Positions 30,040 to 40,341 are shown, counted from the first letter of the stretch. The stretch: 49,581 bases of DNA from Thermoanaerobaculia bacterium (GCA_044226625.1 JBGAGQ010000050.1:1-49581); one strand, 5' to 3'. Program-made: numbers and translations. The notes: generated by a model from the letters alone, not told the origin.

Positions 30040-30881
30040 GCGGCCACGAGAAGGGATCTCCCGAGGACGGTCCGGTCGGGATGACGTCGGGTATTTCGAC
30101 CCTCGAGCCGGGGCAGTACGTGCAGCGGGTCCGCGAGGACACCCGTCGCTACATCGAGGATCTCCTGGCCGAGAACGAGAAGCTCCGCCGTCTGGCCGCC
30201 GAGGTGGACGGCGAGCGGCGCCGGCTGGAAGACGAGGCGTCGCGCTGGCGCGAGCAGGCGAGCGGCCTCGCGCGCGAGCTCGACTCGTTCCGTCAGGACC
30301 GCGAGCGGCTCGCTCTCCAGCTGTCGCAGATCGAGCAGGAAAACCATGGTTTCTCGAGCCGGTTCACCGAGCTTCAGCAGCGCAACAACGACCTCGCGAA
30401 TCTCTACGTCGCGACCTATCGATTGCATTCGACCCTCGATCGCGACGAGGTGCTCCAGGCGATCCAGGAGATCGTGATCAACCTGATCGGCTGCGAAGAG
30501 TTCGGCATCTACGATCTAGCGCCGGGAGCTTCCGAGCTCCACCTCGTTTCGTCGTTCGGTCTCGTCCCGGGGCGGCTCGAGCAGGTACGGCTAGGAGAAG
30601 GCCGGATCGGCGCCGCCGCCGAGAGCGGACGGGCTTTCTTCGCGGAGGATGCTGCGGAGCCCGCGCCGGACGCTCGAGAAACCGGCGAACAGGACCTGTC
30701 GGCCTGCATCCCGCTCCGTCTCGACGGTCGCGTCGCCGGCCTGATCGCGCTGTTCCGCCTGCTTCCCCAGAAGGGGGGGCGGTTCGCTCCGATCGACGCG
30801 GAGCTCTTCGACCTGCTCGCGGCGCAGGCGGCGACCGCGGTCTACCGCTCGCAGCTCGAGCGCCAGCCGACGGCCGCTTGA
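30036..30881 (+). CDS. Coiled-coil plus GAF domain protein
   Basis: ATGA overlap with the REC gene; long heptad region, then LANLYVATYRLHSTLD...ACIPLRLDGRVAGLIAL...ELFDLLAAQAATA GAF pattern. Confidence 0.85.
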   Translation: MSGHEKGSPEDGPVGMTSGISTLEPGQYVQRVREDTRRYIEDLLAENEKLRRLAAEVDGERRRLEDEASRWREQASGLARELDSFRQDRERLALQLSQIEQENHGFSSRFTELQQRNNDLANLYVATYRLHSTLDRDEVLQAIQEIVINLIGCEEFGIYDLAPGASELHLVSSFGLVPGRLEQVRLGEGRIGAAAESGRAFFAEDAAEPAPDARETGEQDLSACIPLRLDGRVAGLIALFRLLPQKGGRFAPIDAELFDLLAAQAATAVYRSQLERQPTAA

Positions 30882-31432
30882 GCGGTCCCTCGAACCCGAT
30901 GTCCGGCTGGAGGGGAACGGCTCTCGACGAGGTGGCCGCGGAAGGGCTTTCGAGCCCGATGCTCGAGCCGCTGGTTCGCCCGCGCGAGCGGGTGTACGTG
31001 TCGCCGGGAGGGTTCTCGGTGGCGCGGACGCCGACCGCGATCTCGACCGTCCTCGGTTCGTGCGTCTCGGTCTGCCTGTGGGATCCCGAGCGACAGATCG
31101 GCGGGCTCAACCACTTCCTCCTCCCCCATTGGAACGAGGGGGGCGCCGCCGCCTGGCGCTACGGCAACACGGCGGTCGACGGCTTGATCGAGGCGCTGGT
31201 CGCCTGCGGCGCCCGGCTCGGCAATCTCCAGGCGAAGCTGTTCGGCGGCGCGCGCGTCCTCTCGGCAATGCCTGGCGCCGAAGGGCATCTCGGCCGGCGC
31301 AACGTCGAGGTGGCCGAGGAAAACCTGCGCCGCAGGGCGATCCCGATCGTCTCCTCGGCGGTCGGCGGCGAGCGGGGGCGGAAGGTGATCTTCCACACCG
31401 ACGACGGCAGCGCCTGGGTCAAGCTGCTCTAG
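30878..31432 (+). CDS. cheD: Chemoreceptor glutamine deamidase CheD
   Basis: TVLGSCVSVCLWD, GGLNHFLLP, AKLFGGA, LGRRN and VGGERGRK motifs; start uncertain. Confidence 0.92.
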   Translation: MSGPSNPMSGWRGTALDEVAAEGLSSPMLEPLVRPRERVYVSPGGFSVARTPTAISTVLGSCVSVCLWDPERQIGGLNHFLLPHWNEGGAAAWRYGNTAVDGLIEALVACGARLGNLQAKLFGGARVLSAMPGAEGHLGRRNVEVAEENLRRRAIPIVSSAVGGERGRKVIFHTDDGSAWVKLL

Positions 31433-31447
31433 GCACGGAACCGCTCG

Positions 31448-33190
31448 ATGGCGATCGATTTCGAAGCGCTCCTGCAGACGTTTCTCGCCGAGGCGCGCGA
31501 CAACCTCGAGACGATGGAGGCCGATCTGCTCGCGCTCGAGCGGAATCCGGACGACCCCGACCGGTTGCACGACGTCTTCCGGCTGGCCCATACGCTCAAG
31601 GGCGACGCCGCCTCGCTCGGCTTCCCGCGTTTGTCCGGCTACGCCCACCGGCTGGAAGATCACCTCGAGACGGTGCGCGCGGGATCCGGGCGCCTGTCGC
31701 CGGAGGCGATCTCGCTCCTGCTCGAAGCGGTCGACGTATTGCGCGCCCGGCTACGGCGCGCCGCCGCGGGCGCCGAAGGCAATCCGGAGGAGGAAAGGCC
31801 CGAGGAGGAGCGGCCGATCGCCCGCCTCGCCCGGTTGCTCGGTGGGGACGCGGAGGCACCTGAAAGCCGATTGACGGTCGAGCCCCAGGGATCTCGGAGC
31901 GTGGCGCCCGCCGGGCAGGTGACCGGCCGTTGGCCGATCCTCTCCGCGGCCCCGCTTGCCGCGGGCTCGTCGACCGACGCCTCGGTCGCCGCGAGCCCGG
32001 TGCCCGAGCCGGCGCCAGCCCGTCCGACCCTGCGGGTCGCGATCGAGCGCCTCGACGAGCTGGTCGACCGGGTGGGGGAGATGCGAATCGCGCGCGGGCG
32101 GATCGCCAACCTGCTCGGCCGGGAGGAGGTGCCGCGGCGGGAGATCCTCGAGCTCCACGGCGAGCACGACCGGTTGTTCGACCAGCTCCAGCGCCTCGTG
32201 CTCGACCTCCGCATGGTGCCGATCGGACCGGTGTTTCGCACCCTCGATCGCACCGTGCGCGACCTCTCGGCGCGGCGAGGCAAGGAGATCCGGCTGGTCT
32301 ACGTCGGCGAAGAGGTGGAGGTGGACGCCGGTCTCGCCGAGCACCTGCGCGCGCCGCTCGCCCATCTGGCGCGCAACGCCGTCGATCACGGCATCGAGAC
32401 GCCGCAAGAGCGACGTGCGAGCGGCAAGCCGCCGGCCGGCTGCCTGCGCGTCTCGGCGCACCGCGACGGCAATTCGCTGGTGGTCGAGATCGCCGACGAC
32501 GGACGCGGGCTCGACCGCGCGAAGATCGCCGCCCGGGCGAAGGCCACGGGGATCGCGCAGGATCTCGACCCTTCGGAGTTCGACCGGCTGGTGCTGCTCC
32601 CCGGCTTTTCGACCGCCGAAGCGGTCGACGAGGCCTCGGGGCGAGGCGTCGGCCTCGACGTCGTCCGGCGCGCGATCGAATCGTTGCGCGGGCGGGTGGA
32701 CCTCGAGTCGCGCGACGGCGAAGGGACGACGGTCCGACTCCGGCTGCCGCTCTCCCTCGGCCTGCTCGACGGCCTGGCGGTGGCGGTGGGCGGCGAGACC
32801 TACATCGTGCCGCTCGAAGCGGTCGACGAGGTGATCGACCGGCCGGTGGGCGCGGACGTCTCGGCCGGCGTCGTCGCGCTGCGGGGAGAGGCGGTCTCCT
32901 ACCTCCGCCTGCGCGATCTCCTCGCGGTTCCGGGCGCGGAAGCGGAGCGCGAGCAGATTCTCGTGCTCGCCCCGCGGGCCCCGGGCGGTCCGCGGAGCGC
33001 GGGACGCATCGGCGTCGCGGTCGACGAGCTGCTCGGTCGCGAGCAGATCGTCATCCGCCCGCTCGCGCCGCAGCTCGAGGAGCTGCCGGGGCTTTCCGGC
33101 TCGGCGATCCTCGGCTCGGGCGAGGTCGCGTTCGTCTTGGACTTCACCTCGCTTCTGCAGACGTCGGCCCGCGTTGCGACCGGCGTCTGA
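31448..33190 (+). CDS. cheA: Chemotaxis histidine kinase CheA (no obvious P2 domain)
   Basis: Hpt FRLAHTLKG, LRMVPIG, HLARNAVDHGIE, DDGRGLD, PGFST, SGRGVGLDVV, and a C-terminal CheW-like domain. Confidence 0.95.
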   Translation: MAIDFEALLQTFLAEARDNLETMEADLLALERNPDDPDRLHDVFRLAHTLKGDAASLGFPRLSGYAHRLEDHLETVRAGSGRLSPEAISLLLEAVDVLRARLRRAAAGAEGNPEEERPEEERPIARLARLLGGDAEAPESRLTVEPQGSRSVAPAGQVTGRWPILSAAPLAAGSSTDASVAASPVPEPAPARPTLRVAIERLDELVDRVGEMRIARGRIANLLGREEVPRREILELHGEHDRLFDQLQRLVLDLRMVPIGPVFRTLDRTVRDLSARRGKEIRLVYVGEEVEVDAGLAEHLRAPLAHLARNAVDHGIETPQERRASGKPPAGCLRVSAHRDGNSLVVEIADDGRGLDRAKIAARAKATGIAQDLDPSEFDRLVLLPGFSTAEAVDEASGRGVGLDVVRRAIESLRGRVDLESRDGEGTTVRLRLPLSLGLLDGLAVAVGGETYIVPLEAVDEVIDRPVGADVSAGVVALRGEAVSYLRLRDLLAVPGAEAEREQILVLAPRAPGGPRSAGRIGVAVDELLGREQIVIRPLAPQLEELPGLSGSAILGSGEVAFVLDFTSLLQTSARVATGV

Positions 33191-33263
33191 AGTCGTGTTT
33201 TGACGATTCATTTTCGATGCAACGCCCTCGGAGGGCCGACGGCGTTTGTGGAGGGGACTTCGA

Positions 33264-34406
33264 ATGTATAAGGGATGGAACGGGACGATTGGAGCCGTTG
33301 CGCTTCTCATCGGTCTCGCGGGTCTGGCGTCGCCGACGCGCGCGATCGACTTCACGGACAAGCTTTCGATCCACGGCTACGGCGGCTGGGCGGCGGGCAG
33401 CTCGAACAGCTACACCTATCTCCAAGGGGATGAGGAGAGCGATCCCGAGACCCACAACGTGGTCGCCGCGCTCCACTTCGACTTCAAACCGACCGACACC
33501 ATCCGTTTCACGGTCGTTCCGGTTTTCGACGTCACCGACAGGGAGGAGTCGGTCGACCTCGACGTCGCCGCGGTGACCTGGGACGTCTCGGACCGTACCA
33601 AGCTGCATTTCGGCCGTTCGCGGTTGCCGTTCGGGATCTACACCGACGTGTTCGACATCGGCACGCTTCGGCCGCTCTACAACCTAGCCCAGTCGGTCTA
33701 TGGCCCGACCGGCTTGATCACCGAGTTCTACGACGGCGTCGGAGCGAGCGGCACGCTGTTCTCGCACGGTGGATGGGAGGGGAGCTACGACCTCTACGGC
33801 GGCGGCGCTTCGTTCACCGTCGAGGTGCCGTTCGAGCAGGCGCAGGAGAGCTTGCCGGAGGAAGAGGGACCCGATCAGGTGGATCGGCTGCTCGGCGGGC
33901 GGCTGGTCGTCCAGACCCCGGTGGACGGATTGAGCTTGGGGCTCTCGGGCTACGGCGGGAAGCTCGAGGACGCGGATCCTCCTCGCGACCGGTGGGGGGA
34001 CGATTCTTCCTATGGCGCGTACGCCGAATTCGATCGGACGCCGTGGCTCGCGCGCTCCGAGATCGCGCGGCATCGCGAAGACCTGTTCGATACCAACGCC
34101 GGCTACGTCGAGCTAGCGCGCCGTTTCGGTCCGCACTGGCAGGCGGCGGTCCGCTTCGACCGGGTGAGGGCGACCTTCGTGACCAATCTTCCGGACGAAT
34201 TCGACTCCCTGTTGCGGCACGACGAGGCGTCGTTCGGCGTGAGCTACTGGTACAACGAGAACCTGGTGTTTCGCGGCTCCTATCATCGGGTGGACGGCAA
34301 CCTGTTCGCCCATCCGACCGGCCAGGAGCTGATCGACGCCGCGGCTGCCGGCACCTTGGACGACCGGACCGATCTCGTCCTTCTCGGCGTCCAGTTCAGT
34401 TTCTAG
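33264..34406 (+). CDS. Outer-membrane beta-barrel (porin-like) protein
   Basis: GGAGGGG RBS, signal peptide, amphipathic beta strands, FGRSRLPFGIYTD, and C-terminal GVQFSF. Confidence 0.8.
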   Translation: MYKGWNGTIGAVALLIGLAGLASPTRAIDFTDKLSIHGYGGWAAGSSNSYTYLQGDEESDPETHNVVAALHFDFKPTDTIRFTVVPVFDVTDREESVDLDVAAVTWDVSDRTKLHFGRSRLPFGIYTDVFDIGTLRPLYNLAQSVYGPTGLITEFYDGVGASGTLFSHGGWEGSYDLYGGGASFTVEVPFEQAQESLPEEEGPDQVDRLLGGRLVVQTPVDGLSLGLSGYGGKLEDADPPRDRWGDDSSYGAYAEFDRTPWLARSEIARHREDLFDTNAGYVELARRFGPHWQAAVRFDRVRATFVTNLPDEFDSLLRHDEASFGVSYWYNENLVFRGSYHRVDGNLFAHPTGQELIDAAAAGTLDDRTDLVLLGVQFSF

Positions 34407-34419
34407 GAGAGCGAACACG

Positions 34420-34872
34420 ATGAATGCGCTGGCCAAGCTGAAACTCGCTCTCCTCGCGCCTTTGGCGCTGGCGATGCTCCTCTTCGCCGTCGAGGGGTTC
34501 GCGGAAGATTCGTACAAGGTCGTGGTCAACTCCGGCAACTCGGCCGGCTCCTTGCCGAAGGAGAAGGTCGCCGCCTATTTCCTCAAGAAAGAGACCCGTT
34601 GGAGCGATGGCTCGAAGGTCGCCGTGGTCGATCGCGATCCGGGCGCCGCGGTGCGCGCGGCGTTTTCGAAGACCGTCCTCGGCAAGGACGTCGCCGCGGT
34701 CAAGAGCTATTGGCAGCGGTTGCTCTTCTCGGGTAAGGAAACCCCTCCCGCCGAGCTCGACTCCGACCGCGAAGTGATCGAATTCGTCGCCAAATCGCCG
34801 GGCGGGATCGGCTACGTCTCGGCGGCGACCGACCTTCCGGCGGGCGTCAAAGCGCTACGGATCGGGGGCTGA
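34420..34872 (+). CDS. Short periplasmic protein resembling one lobe of a PstS-type substrate-binding protein
   Basis: AGGAG RBS, signal peptide, VVVN...FLKK...W.DG...YW..LLFSGK..PP...VAKSPGGIGYV; only 150 aa. Confidence 0.8.
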   Translation: MNALAKLKLALLAPLALAMLLFAVEGFAEDSYKVVVNSGNSAGSLPKEKVAAYFLKKETRWSDGSKVAVVDRDPGAAVRAAFSKTVLGKDVAAVKSYWQRLLFSGKETPPAELDSDREVIEFVAKSPGGIGYVSAATDLPAGVKALRIGG

Positions 34873-34878
34873 GTCGTC

Positions 34879-36675
34879 ATGAAATCGGTCTCCGAGCTCG
34901 TCTCCCGCCTCAAGGTGGTGCACAAGGTGATGCTCCTGCCCGCCGTCGCCGCGGCGGCGTTCCTGATCATCCTGGTCGCGATCCCGCGGGCGGTGATCCA
35001 GAACGACGAGATCTACACGGCGATCGAGACCGGCTACTTCCCTGCTTGGGAGCTGCATCGCGACTTGGGCGAGCAGCTCGCTTCGATCCAGCGCCAGCTG
35101 CAAGACGCCGCGGCGGCCAAGGACGCCGAGTTCCTCGCGGAGGCCGACCAGGCGCGCGACGCGATGCTCGCCCGGCTGGAGGAGGGCCAGAAGATCCCCA
35201 ATCTCGACCCGAGCGAGACGGCGGGGCTCAAGGCCGATTTCGCGGCGTACTACGACCTGGCGCGGCGGGCGACCGAGCGGCTGATCGCGGCCGACACCGG
35301 CGAGGGGGTTACGAGCGACCTGGAGAGCATGCGCTCCCGTTACGTCGGGCTCCAGCAGCGGCTCGGCGCCGAGATGAAGCGCGCGAAGGACGGGATCTCG
35401 GGCGCGTTTCGCACGGCCCGTGAGCAGCAGAAGTCGGCCGGCCGGGTCCTGGTGGCGATCACGATCGTCTCGATCGCCTGCCTGCTGCTGCTGGTCGGTC
35501 TCTCCTGGTTCCTCGTCCGCTCGCTCGTGGCACCGATCCGCGGCGCGGCGCGCGCCTTCGACCGGCTGGCGGAAGGAGAGCTCGACATCGACGTGGAGGT
35601 CCGCTCGAACGACGAAGTCGGCCAGCTCCAGATGGCGCTCGGCCGGATGATCACCTACCTGCGCGCGACCGCCGACCTCGCCGACGGGATCTCGAAAGGC
35701 GACCTGCGGTCCGACGTCTCGCCTCGTTCGGAGCGGGACGCGCTCGGCAACGCGTTGCTCCGCATGACCGACAACCTACGGCGCACGATCCGCGAGGTCC
35801 GCACCGGCATCCGCCTCCTGTCGGCCGCTTCCTCGCAGGTCGCCTCGACCTCGCAGAGCCTGTCGAACGGCACCGGCGATCAGGCCGCCTCGGTCGAAGA
35901 GGCGACCTCTTCGCTCGAAGAGATGACCGCCTCGATCGCTCAGAACGCGAGCAGCAGCCGGCAGATGGAGAAGATGGCGATCCGCGGTGCCGACGACGCC
36001 GAGGCGGGCGCCGCAGCGGTGGCCGAGACGCTGGGGGCGATGCGCGAGATCGCCGAGCGAATCTCGATCGTCGAAGAGATCGCCTATCAGACCAACCTCC
36101 TCGCCCTGAACGCGGCGATCGAAGCGGCGCGCGCGGGGGACCATGGGCGCGGCTTCTCGGTCGTCGCCGCCGAGATCCGCCGGCTCGCCGAGCGGGCCCA
36201 AGGGGCGGCCAAGGAGATCCGCGCGATGGCCGGCTCCTCGGTGGGCGTCGCGGAGCGCTCCGGCCGGCTGCTCACCGAGCTGGTGCCGGCGATCCGCAAG
36301 ACCGCCGAGCTGGTCCAGGAGGTCGCCGCGGCGTCCGACGAGCAGGCGACCGGCGTCGAGCAGATCAACCGCGCGATGGGCCAGGTGGACGACGTCGCCC
36401 AGCGCAACGCCTCGGCGGCGGAACAGCTGGCGAGCACCGCGCAGGAGATGGCGGCCCAGTCGGAATCGCTGCGCCACGAGCTCGACCTGTTCCGGCTGAG
36501 CGACGGCGCCGAGCCCGATCTGGTCCCCGTCCCATCCGCCCCGCCGGCTCCACCGTCCCGGACGTCGGCTCCCGGTCCGGGTGCGCGCGGCGGTTCGCGG
36601 CGACCGACCGGGCGTGGTGGTCCCGGCGGTCCGCTCCGTTTCGGCGTACCCGATCCGGATTTCGAGCGGTTCTAA
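34879..36675 (+). CDS. Methyl-accepting chemotaxis protein (2 TM, HAMP, signalling domain, C-terminal pentapeptide)
   Basis: [39 protein letters not shown] hairpin; Pro/Gly linker ending DFERF. Confidence 0.95.
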   Translation: MKSVSELVSRLKVVHKVMLLPAVAAAAFLIILVAIPRAVIQNDEIYTAIETGYFPAWELHRDLGEQLASIQRQLQDAAAAKDAEFLAEADQARDAMLARLEEGQKIPNLDPSETAGLKADFAAYYDLARRATERLIAADTGEGVTSDLESMRSRYVGLQQRLGAEMKRAKDGISGAFRTAREQQKSAGRVLVAITIVSIACLLLLVGLSWFLVRSLVAPIRGAARAFDRLAEGELDIDVEVRSNDEVGQLQMALGRMITYLRATADLADGISKGDLRSDVSPRSERDALGNALLRMTDNLRRTIREVRTGIRLLSAASSQVASTSQSLSNGTGDQAASVEEATSSLEEMTASIAQNASSSRQMEKMAIRGADDAEAGAAAVAETLGAMREIAERISIVEEIAYQTNLLALNAAIEAARAGDHGRGFSVVAAEIRRLAERAQGAAKEIRAMAGSSVGVAERSGRLLTELVPAIRKTAELVQEVAAASDEQATGVEQINRAMGQVDDVAQRNASAAEQLASTAQEMAAQSESLRHELDLFRLSDGAEPDLVPVPSAPPAPPSRTSAPGPGARGGSRRPTGRGGPGGPLRFGVPDPDFERF

Positions 36676-36688
36676 GGACGGCGGGTCC

Positions 36689-37273
36689 ATGGTGGAAGGG
36701 CGGAACGCGAGGATCGGCGGAGACGCCGCGGAGGCGGCGCGGCGCTCGGAATCTGAAGGTGATTCGATGGCGGGCTCCGGTTCGAGCCCGCTCTCCGATC
36801 CGGCGTCCGATCCGATGTTCGATCCTGCTTACGAGCCGGCCTCCCAACGCCGCTTTCTGCGCTTCGCGGTCGGTGCGCAGGAGCTCGCGCTCGAGCTGCA
36901 CCGGCTCGAGGAGATCGTCGAGCCGGGGAGGATCACGCGCGCCCCGGGGGCGCCTCCCTGGCTGCTCGGCGCGCTCAACCTGCGCGGCCAGGCGCTGCCG
37001 GTGCTCGACCTCGCGATCAAGCTGGGCCTGCCGGCGGAGGCAACCGACGCCCTGCGCCCGGCCGTGCTCGTCTTCCGGCCCGGCGCGCAGGCGCCGCGCC
37101 TCGGCGTGCGGGTCTCGGGGGTGCTCGGCTTCGTGGAGATCGACGAGCGGGCGATCGCTCCGGCACCCCGTTTCGGCGGCGCGCTCCCTCCCGGGCTGCT
37201 CGCCGGCCTGGTGTCGATCGACGGCCGCTTCGTCCCGTGGCTCGACCTCGCCGCGGCGGTCGCGGCTGGATGA
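36689..37273 (+). CDS. cheW: CheW adaptor
   Basis: FLRFAVG...ITRAPGAPPWLLGALNLRGQALPVLDL...GVRVSGV; the start may be further downstream. Confidence 0.88.
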   Translation: MVEGRNARIGGDAAEAARRSESEGDSMAGSGSSPLSDPASDPMFDPAYEPASQRRFLRFAVGAQELALELHRLEEIVEPGRITRAPGAPPWLLGALNLRGQALPVLDLAIKLGLPAEATDALRPAVLVFRPGAQAPRLGVRVSGVLGFVEIDERAIAPAPRFGGALPPGLLAGLVSIDGRFVPWLDLAAAVAAG

Positions 37274-38151
37274 CCGCGCGCGTCGAGCCGCCGCGGGCGA
37301 TCGGCGACGCGGAGTTCGCCCGATTCCAAGCCTGGATTCGGAGCGAGTCGGGGATTTTCCTCCCCGATTCCAAACGGACGCTGCTGGTCCGGCGCCTCGG
37401 ACGCCGGGTGGCCGAGCTCGGCCTCGACTCCTTCTCGGCGTATTTCCGTCGCGCCAAAGAGCTCGGGCCGAGCGAGACGGTGCGGATGATCGACTGCCTT
37501 TGCACCCACGAGACCTCGTTCTTCCGGGAGCCGAAGCAGTTCGATCTGCTCGCCACGCGGATCCTTCCGACGTGGGTGCGCGAGGCCGACGCCGGGCTCC
37601 GGTCGCGCCGCCTGCGCGTTTGGAGCGCCGCCTGCTCGACCGGTGAAGAGCCCTATTCGCTCGCGATGCTCCTCGCCTCGATGCTGCCGGAGGAGCGGGG
37701 GTGGCACCTCGACATCCTCGCTTCCGACCTCTCCACCCGTGCGCTCGCCGCGGCGCGCGAAGGGATCTGGTCGGCGCAGCGGGCCGGCACGATCCCCGAG
37801 GCGTACCGCAAGCGGTTCCTCCTTCGGGGGGTGAACCAGCAGGAGGGGAAGGTGAAAGCGGCGCCGGAGCTCGAGCGTCTGGTCCGTTTCGAGCGGATCA
37901 ACCTCGCCGCGCCGCGCTATCCGGTCGCCGAGGACCTCGACCTGATCTTCTGCCGGAACGTGTTGATCTACTTCGATGCCGCCACGCGACGGGAGGTAAT
38001 CGCCCGTCTCGCCCGGCATCTCCGTCCGGGGGGGCTGCTGTTCCTCGGTCACGCCGAGAGCCTCGCGGGCGCCGCCGATCCGGCGTTCCGGCCCGAGGCG
38101 CCGAACGTCTACCGGCGCGTCGCTCCAGCTCGCGAGGAACCGGCGCCGTGA
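37270..38151 (+). CDS. cheR: CheR methyltransferase
   Basis: THETSFFRE, RVWSAACSTGEEPYSLAM, DLIFCRNVLIYFD and LFLGHAE motifs. Confidence 0.95.
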   Translation: MTARVEPPRAIGDAEFARFQAWIRSESGIFLPDSKRTLLVRRLGRRVAELGLDSFSAYFRRAKELGPSETVRMIDCLCTHETSFFREPKQFDLLATRILPTWVREADAGLRSRRLRVWSAACSTGEEPYSLAMLLASMLPEERGWHLDILASDLSTRALAAAREGIWSAQRAGTIPEAYRKRFLLRGVNQQEGKVKAAPELERLVRFERINLAAPRYPVAEDLDLIFCRNVLIYFDAATRREVIARLARHLRPGGLLFLGHAESLAGAADPAFRPEAPNVYRRVAPAREEPAP

Positions 38152-39290
38152 ACGCCCGCCGCGGCTCGATCGAGCGCGCCCCGGCCCGGCCGACCCGCGT
38201 GCTGGTGGTCGACGACTCGGCCGTGATGCGCCAGTTCATGACGCAACTGATCGGCGGGCAGCCCGATCTGGCGGTGACCACCGCCGCCGATCCGATCCTC
38301 GCCCTCGCCAAGATGGAGCGCCAGCGGCCCGATGTCATCCTGCTCGATCTCGAGATGCCGCGGATGGACGGCCTGGCGTTCCTGCGCCGGCAGATGGTCG
38401 AAGATCCAATCCCGGTCGTAGTCTGCTCGAGCCACGCGCAAAGCGGCACGGCGGCCGCGCTCGCGGCGCTCGACCTCGGCGCGCTGGAGGTGATCGCCAA
38501 GCCTCACCTCGGCCTGCGCGCGTTCCTCGAGGAGTCGGCCGACAGCCTGCTCGAGATCCTCCGCGGCGCGAGCCAGGCTCGCCTCGGAGGACGGGGACGG
38601 GACGAGGTCTCCGCGCCGGTTGCGGACGCCGAACCGGCGAGCTTCGAGCCTGCCGCGCCGCCGCGGGGACGCCTCGGCTGGCCGCAGCTGGTGGCGATCG
38701 GCGCCTCGACCGGGGGACCGGAGGCGCTACGGCGTCTGCTCGGCGCGCTGCCGGCCGACTCGCCGGCGATCCTCGTCGTCCAGCACATGCCGCGCGCCTT
38801 CACCGGCGCCTTCGCCAAACGTCTCGACCAGCTCTGCGCGATCGAGGTGGCGGAGGCCGCCGCCGGCATGGAGGTCGTCCCCGGCCGCGCCCTGATCGCG
38901 CCGGGCGACCAGCACTTGGAGCTCGCGCGGGACGGCGACCGTTTCGCGGTGCGGCTCACCAGCGCGCCGCCGGTCAACCGTCACCGGCCGAGCGTCGACG
39001 TCCTGTTCTCCTCGGTCGCCCGGATCGCGGGCCCAACGGCGGTCGGGGTGCTGCTCACCGGCATGGGGGCCGACGGCGCCGCCGGCCTTCTGGCGATGCA
39101 GCGTGCCGGGGCCCGCACGCTCGCGCAGGACGAGGACAGCTCGGTGGTCTACGGCATGCCGCGCGAGGCGTTGGCGCTCGGCGCGGTCGAGGAGGTGGTG
39201 CCGATCGACCGCCTGGCCGCACGGTTGTTGCTCGATTCCTCGACTCTTGATTTCGGCATTCGCACGATGGCAAGATCGCGCCAAATTTAA
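38148..39290 (+). CDS. cheB: CheB methylesterase with receiver domain
   Basis: VLVVDDS, LLDLEMPRMDG, GASTGG, VQHMP, HRPSVD and LTGMGADG motifs. Confidence 0.95.
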   Translation: MNARRGSIERAPARPTRVLVVDDSAVMRQFMTQLIGGQPDLAVTTAADPILALAKMERQRPDVILLDLEMPRMDGLAFLRRQMVEDPIPVVVCSSHAQSGTAAALAALDLGALEVIAKPHLGLRAFLEESADSLLEILRGASQARLGGRGRDEVSAPVADAEPASFEPAAPPRGRLGWPQLVAIGASTGGPEALRRLLGALPADSPAILVVQHMPRAFTGAFAKRLDQLCAIEVAEAAAGMEVVPGRALIAPGDQHLELARDGDRFAVRLTSAPPVNRHRPSVDVLFSSVARIAGPTAVGVLLTGMGADGAAGLLAMQRAGARTLAQDEDSSVVYGMPREALALGAVEEVVPIDRLAARLLLDSSTLDFGIRTMARSRQI

Positions 39291-39386
39291 CGGGAAGCCG
39301 GAACACGATCGCGAGAGGCCCGCCAGGGGCGTCCGTTGCTGCGCGCGGCAAGGCTTTCCGGCAGCGAGAAAGGAGCCGAGGTCGCC

Positions 39387-39593
39387 ATGCCGCAGGGAAC
39401 GGTCAAATGGTTCAACAACGCCAAGGGGTTCGGGTTCATTCTGCCGGAGGAGCAGGGAGGCGACATTTTCGTCCACCACACCGCGATCGTCGCCGACGGC
39501 TACCGCACCCTCAATCAAGGCGAGCGGGTGACCTTCGAGAAGGTCGAAGGGCCGAAGGGAGTCCAGGCGAGAAACGTGCTGCGGGAGCACTAG
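39387..39593 (+). CDS. cspA: Cold-shock protein
   Basis: AAAGGAG RBS; GTVKWFNNAKGFGFI and DIFVHH motifs. Confidence 0.95.
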   Translation: MPQGTVKWFNNAKGFGFILPEEQGGDIFVHHTAIVADGYRTLNQGERVTFEKVEGPKGVQARNVLREH

Positions 39594-39686
39594 GGCCGCA
39601 CTCGGCCCGCGACGTCCGTCTTTCAACCGATCTGCGACGGATCTCGAGGCCTCGCCCGTCGTAGCTCAGGCTCCCGGCCTAGGATG

Positions 39687-39714
39687 GGCCGCGGGTGGCA
39701 ACGCCCCCGCGGCC
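39687..39714. terminator. GC-rich hairpin between the convergent csp and cyclophilin genes
   Basis: GGCCGCGGG-N10-CCCGCGGCC forms a 9-bp stem; no clear U-tract. Confidence 0.4.
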
Positions 39715-39726
39715 GTTGCAGCTCTC

Positions 39727-40341
39727 CTACTTTAGGACCGTCGCCTTCTTGATCGTCACGGCCTCGGCCGGCACGTCCTGGAAGCCGCTCTTGGTCATGG
39801 TCGGTACCTTGCCGATCGCGTCGACCACGTCGAACCCCTCGACGACCTTGCCGAACACCGCGTAGCCCCACCCCTGTAGGCTCTTGCTCGTATGGTTCAA
39901 GAACCCGTTGTCCTTCGTGTTGATGAAGAACTGCGAGCTGGCGCTGTGGGGATCGTTGGTGCGCGCCATCGCGACGGAGTACTTGACGTTCAAGAGGCCG
40001 TTGTCGGCCTCGTTCTGGATCGGCGCTTTCGCCTGCTTCTGCTTCATGTCGGCGGTGAAGCCGCCGCCCTGGATCATGAAGCTGTCGATCACGCGGTGGA
40101 AGATCGTGCCGTTGTAAAAGCCCGAGCTCGCGTAGGCGAGGAAGTTGGCGACGGTCTTCGGCGCCTTGGCGGCGTCGAGCTCGAGGACGATCTTCCCTTT
40201 GCTGGTCTCGAGAACCACGCGCGGGTTCTTTGCGGCGGCGGGCGCCGGGGCGGCCGCCGGCGTGGGAGCCGCGGCGAAACCGACGGAACCGGCCGAGCCG
40301 GCGAGGATCAGCGAGGCGAGGACGAGGCGTGAAAAGGTCAT
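39727..40341 (-). CDS. ppiA: Periplasmic cyclophilin-type peptidyl-prolyl isomerase
   Basis: AAGGAG RBS, signal peptide, [40 protein letters not shown] and GYAVFGKV motifs. Confidence 0.93.
   Translation of the reverse strand: MTFSRLVLASLILAGSAGSVGFAAAPTPAAAPAPAAAKNPRVVLETSKGKIVLELDAAKAPKTVANFLAYASSGFYNGTIFHRVIDSFMIQGGGFTADMKQKQAKAPIQNEADNGLLNVKYSVAMARTNDPHSASSQFFINTKDNGFLNHTSKSLQGWGYAVFGKVVEGFDVVDAIGKVPTMTKSGFQDVPAEAVTIKKATVLK

Noticed and set aside
39655-39725. tRNA-like start (GCCCGTCGTAGCTCAGG)
   Set aside because: No T-loop GTTCRA, anticodon arm or matching acceptor stem follows.
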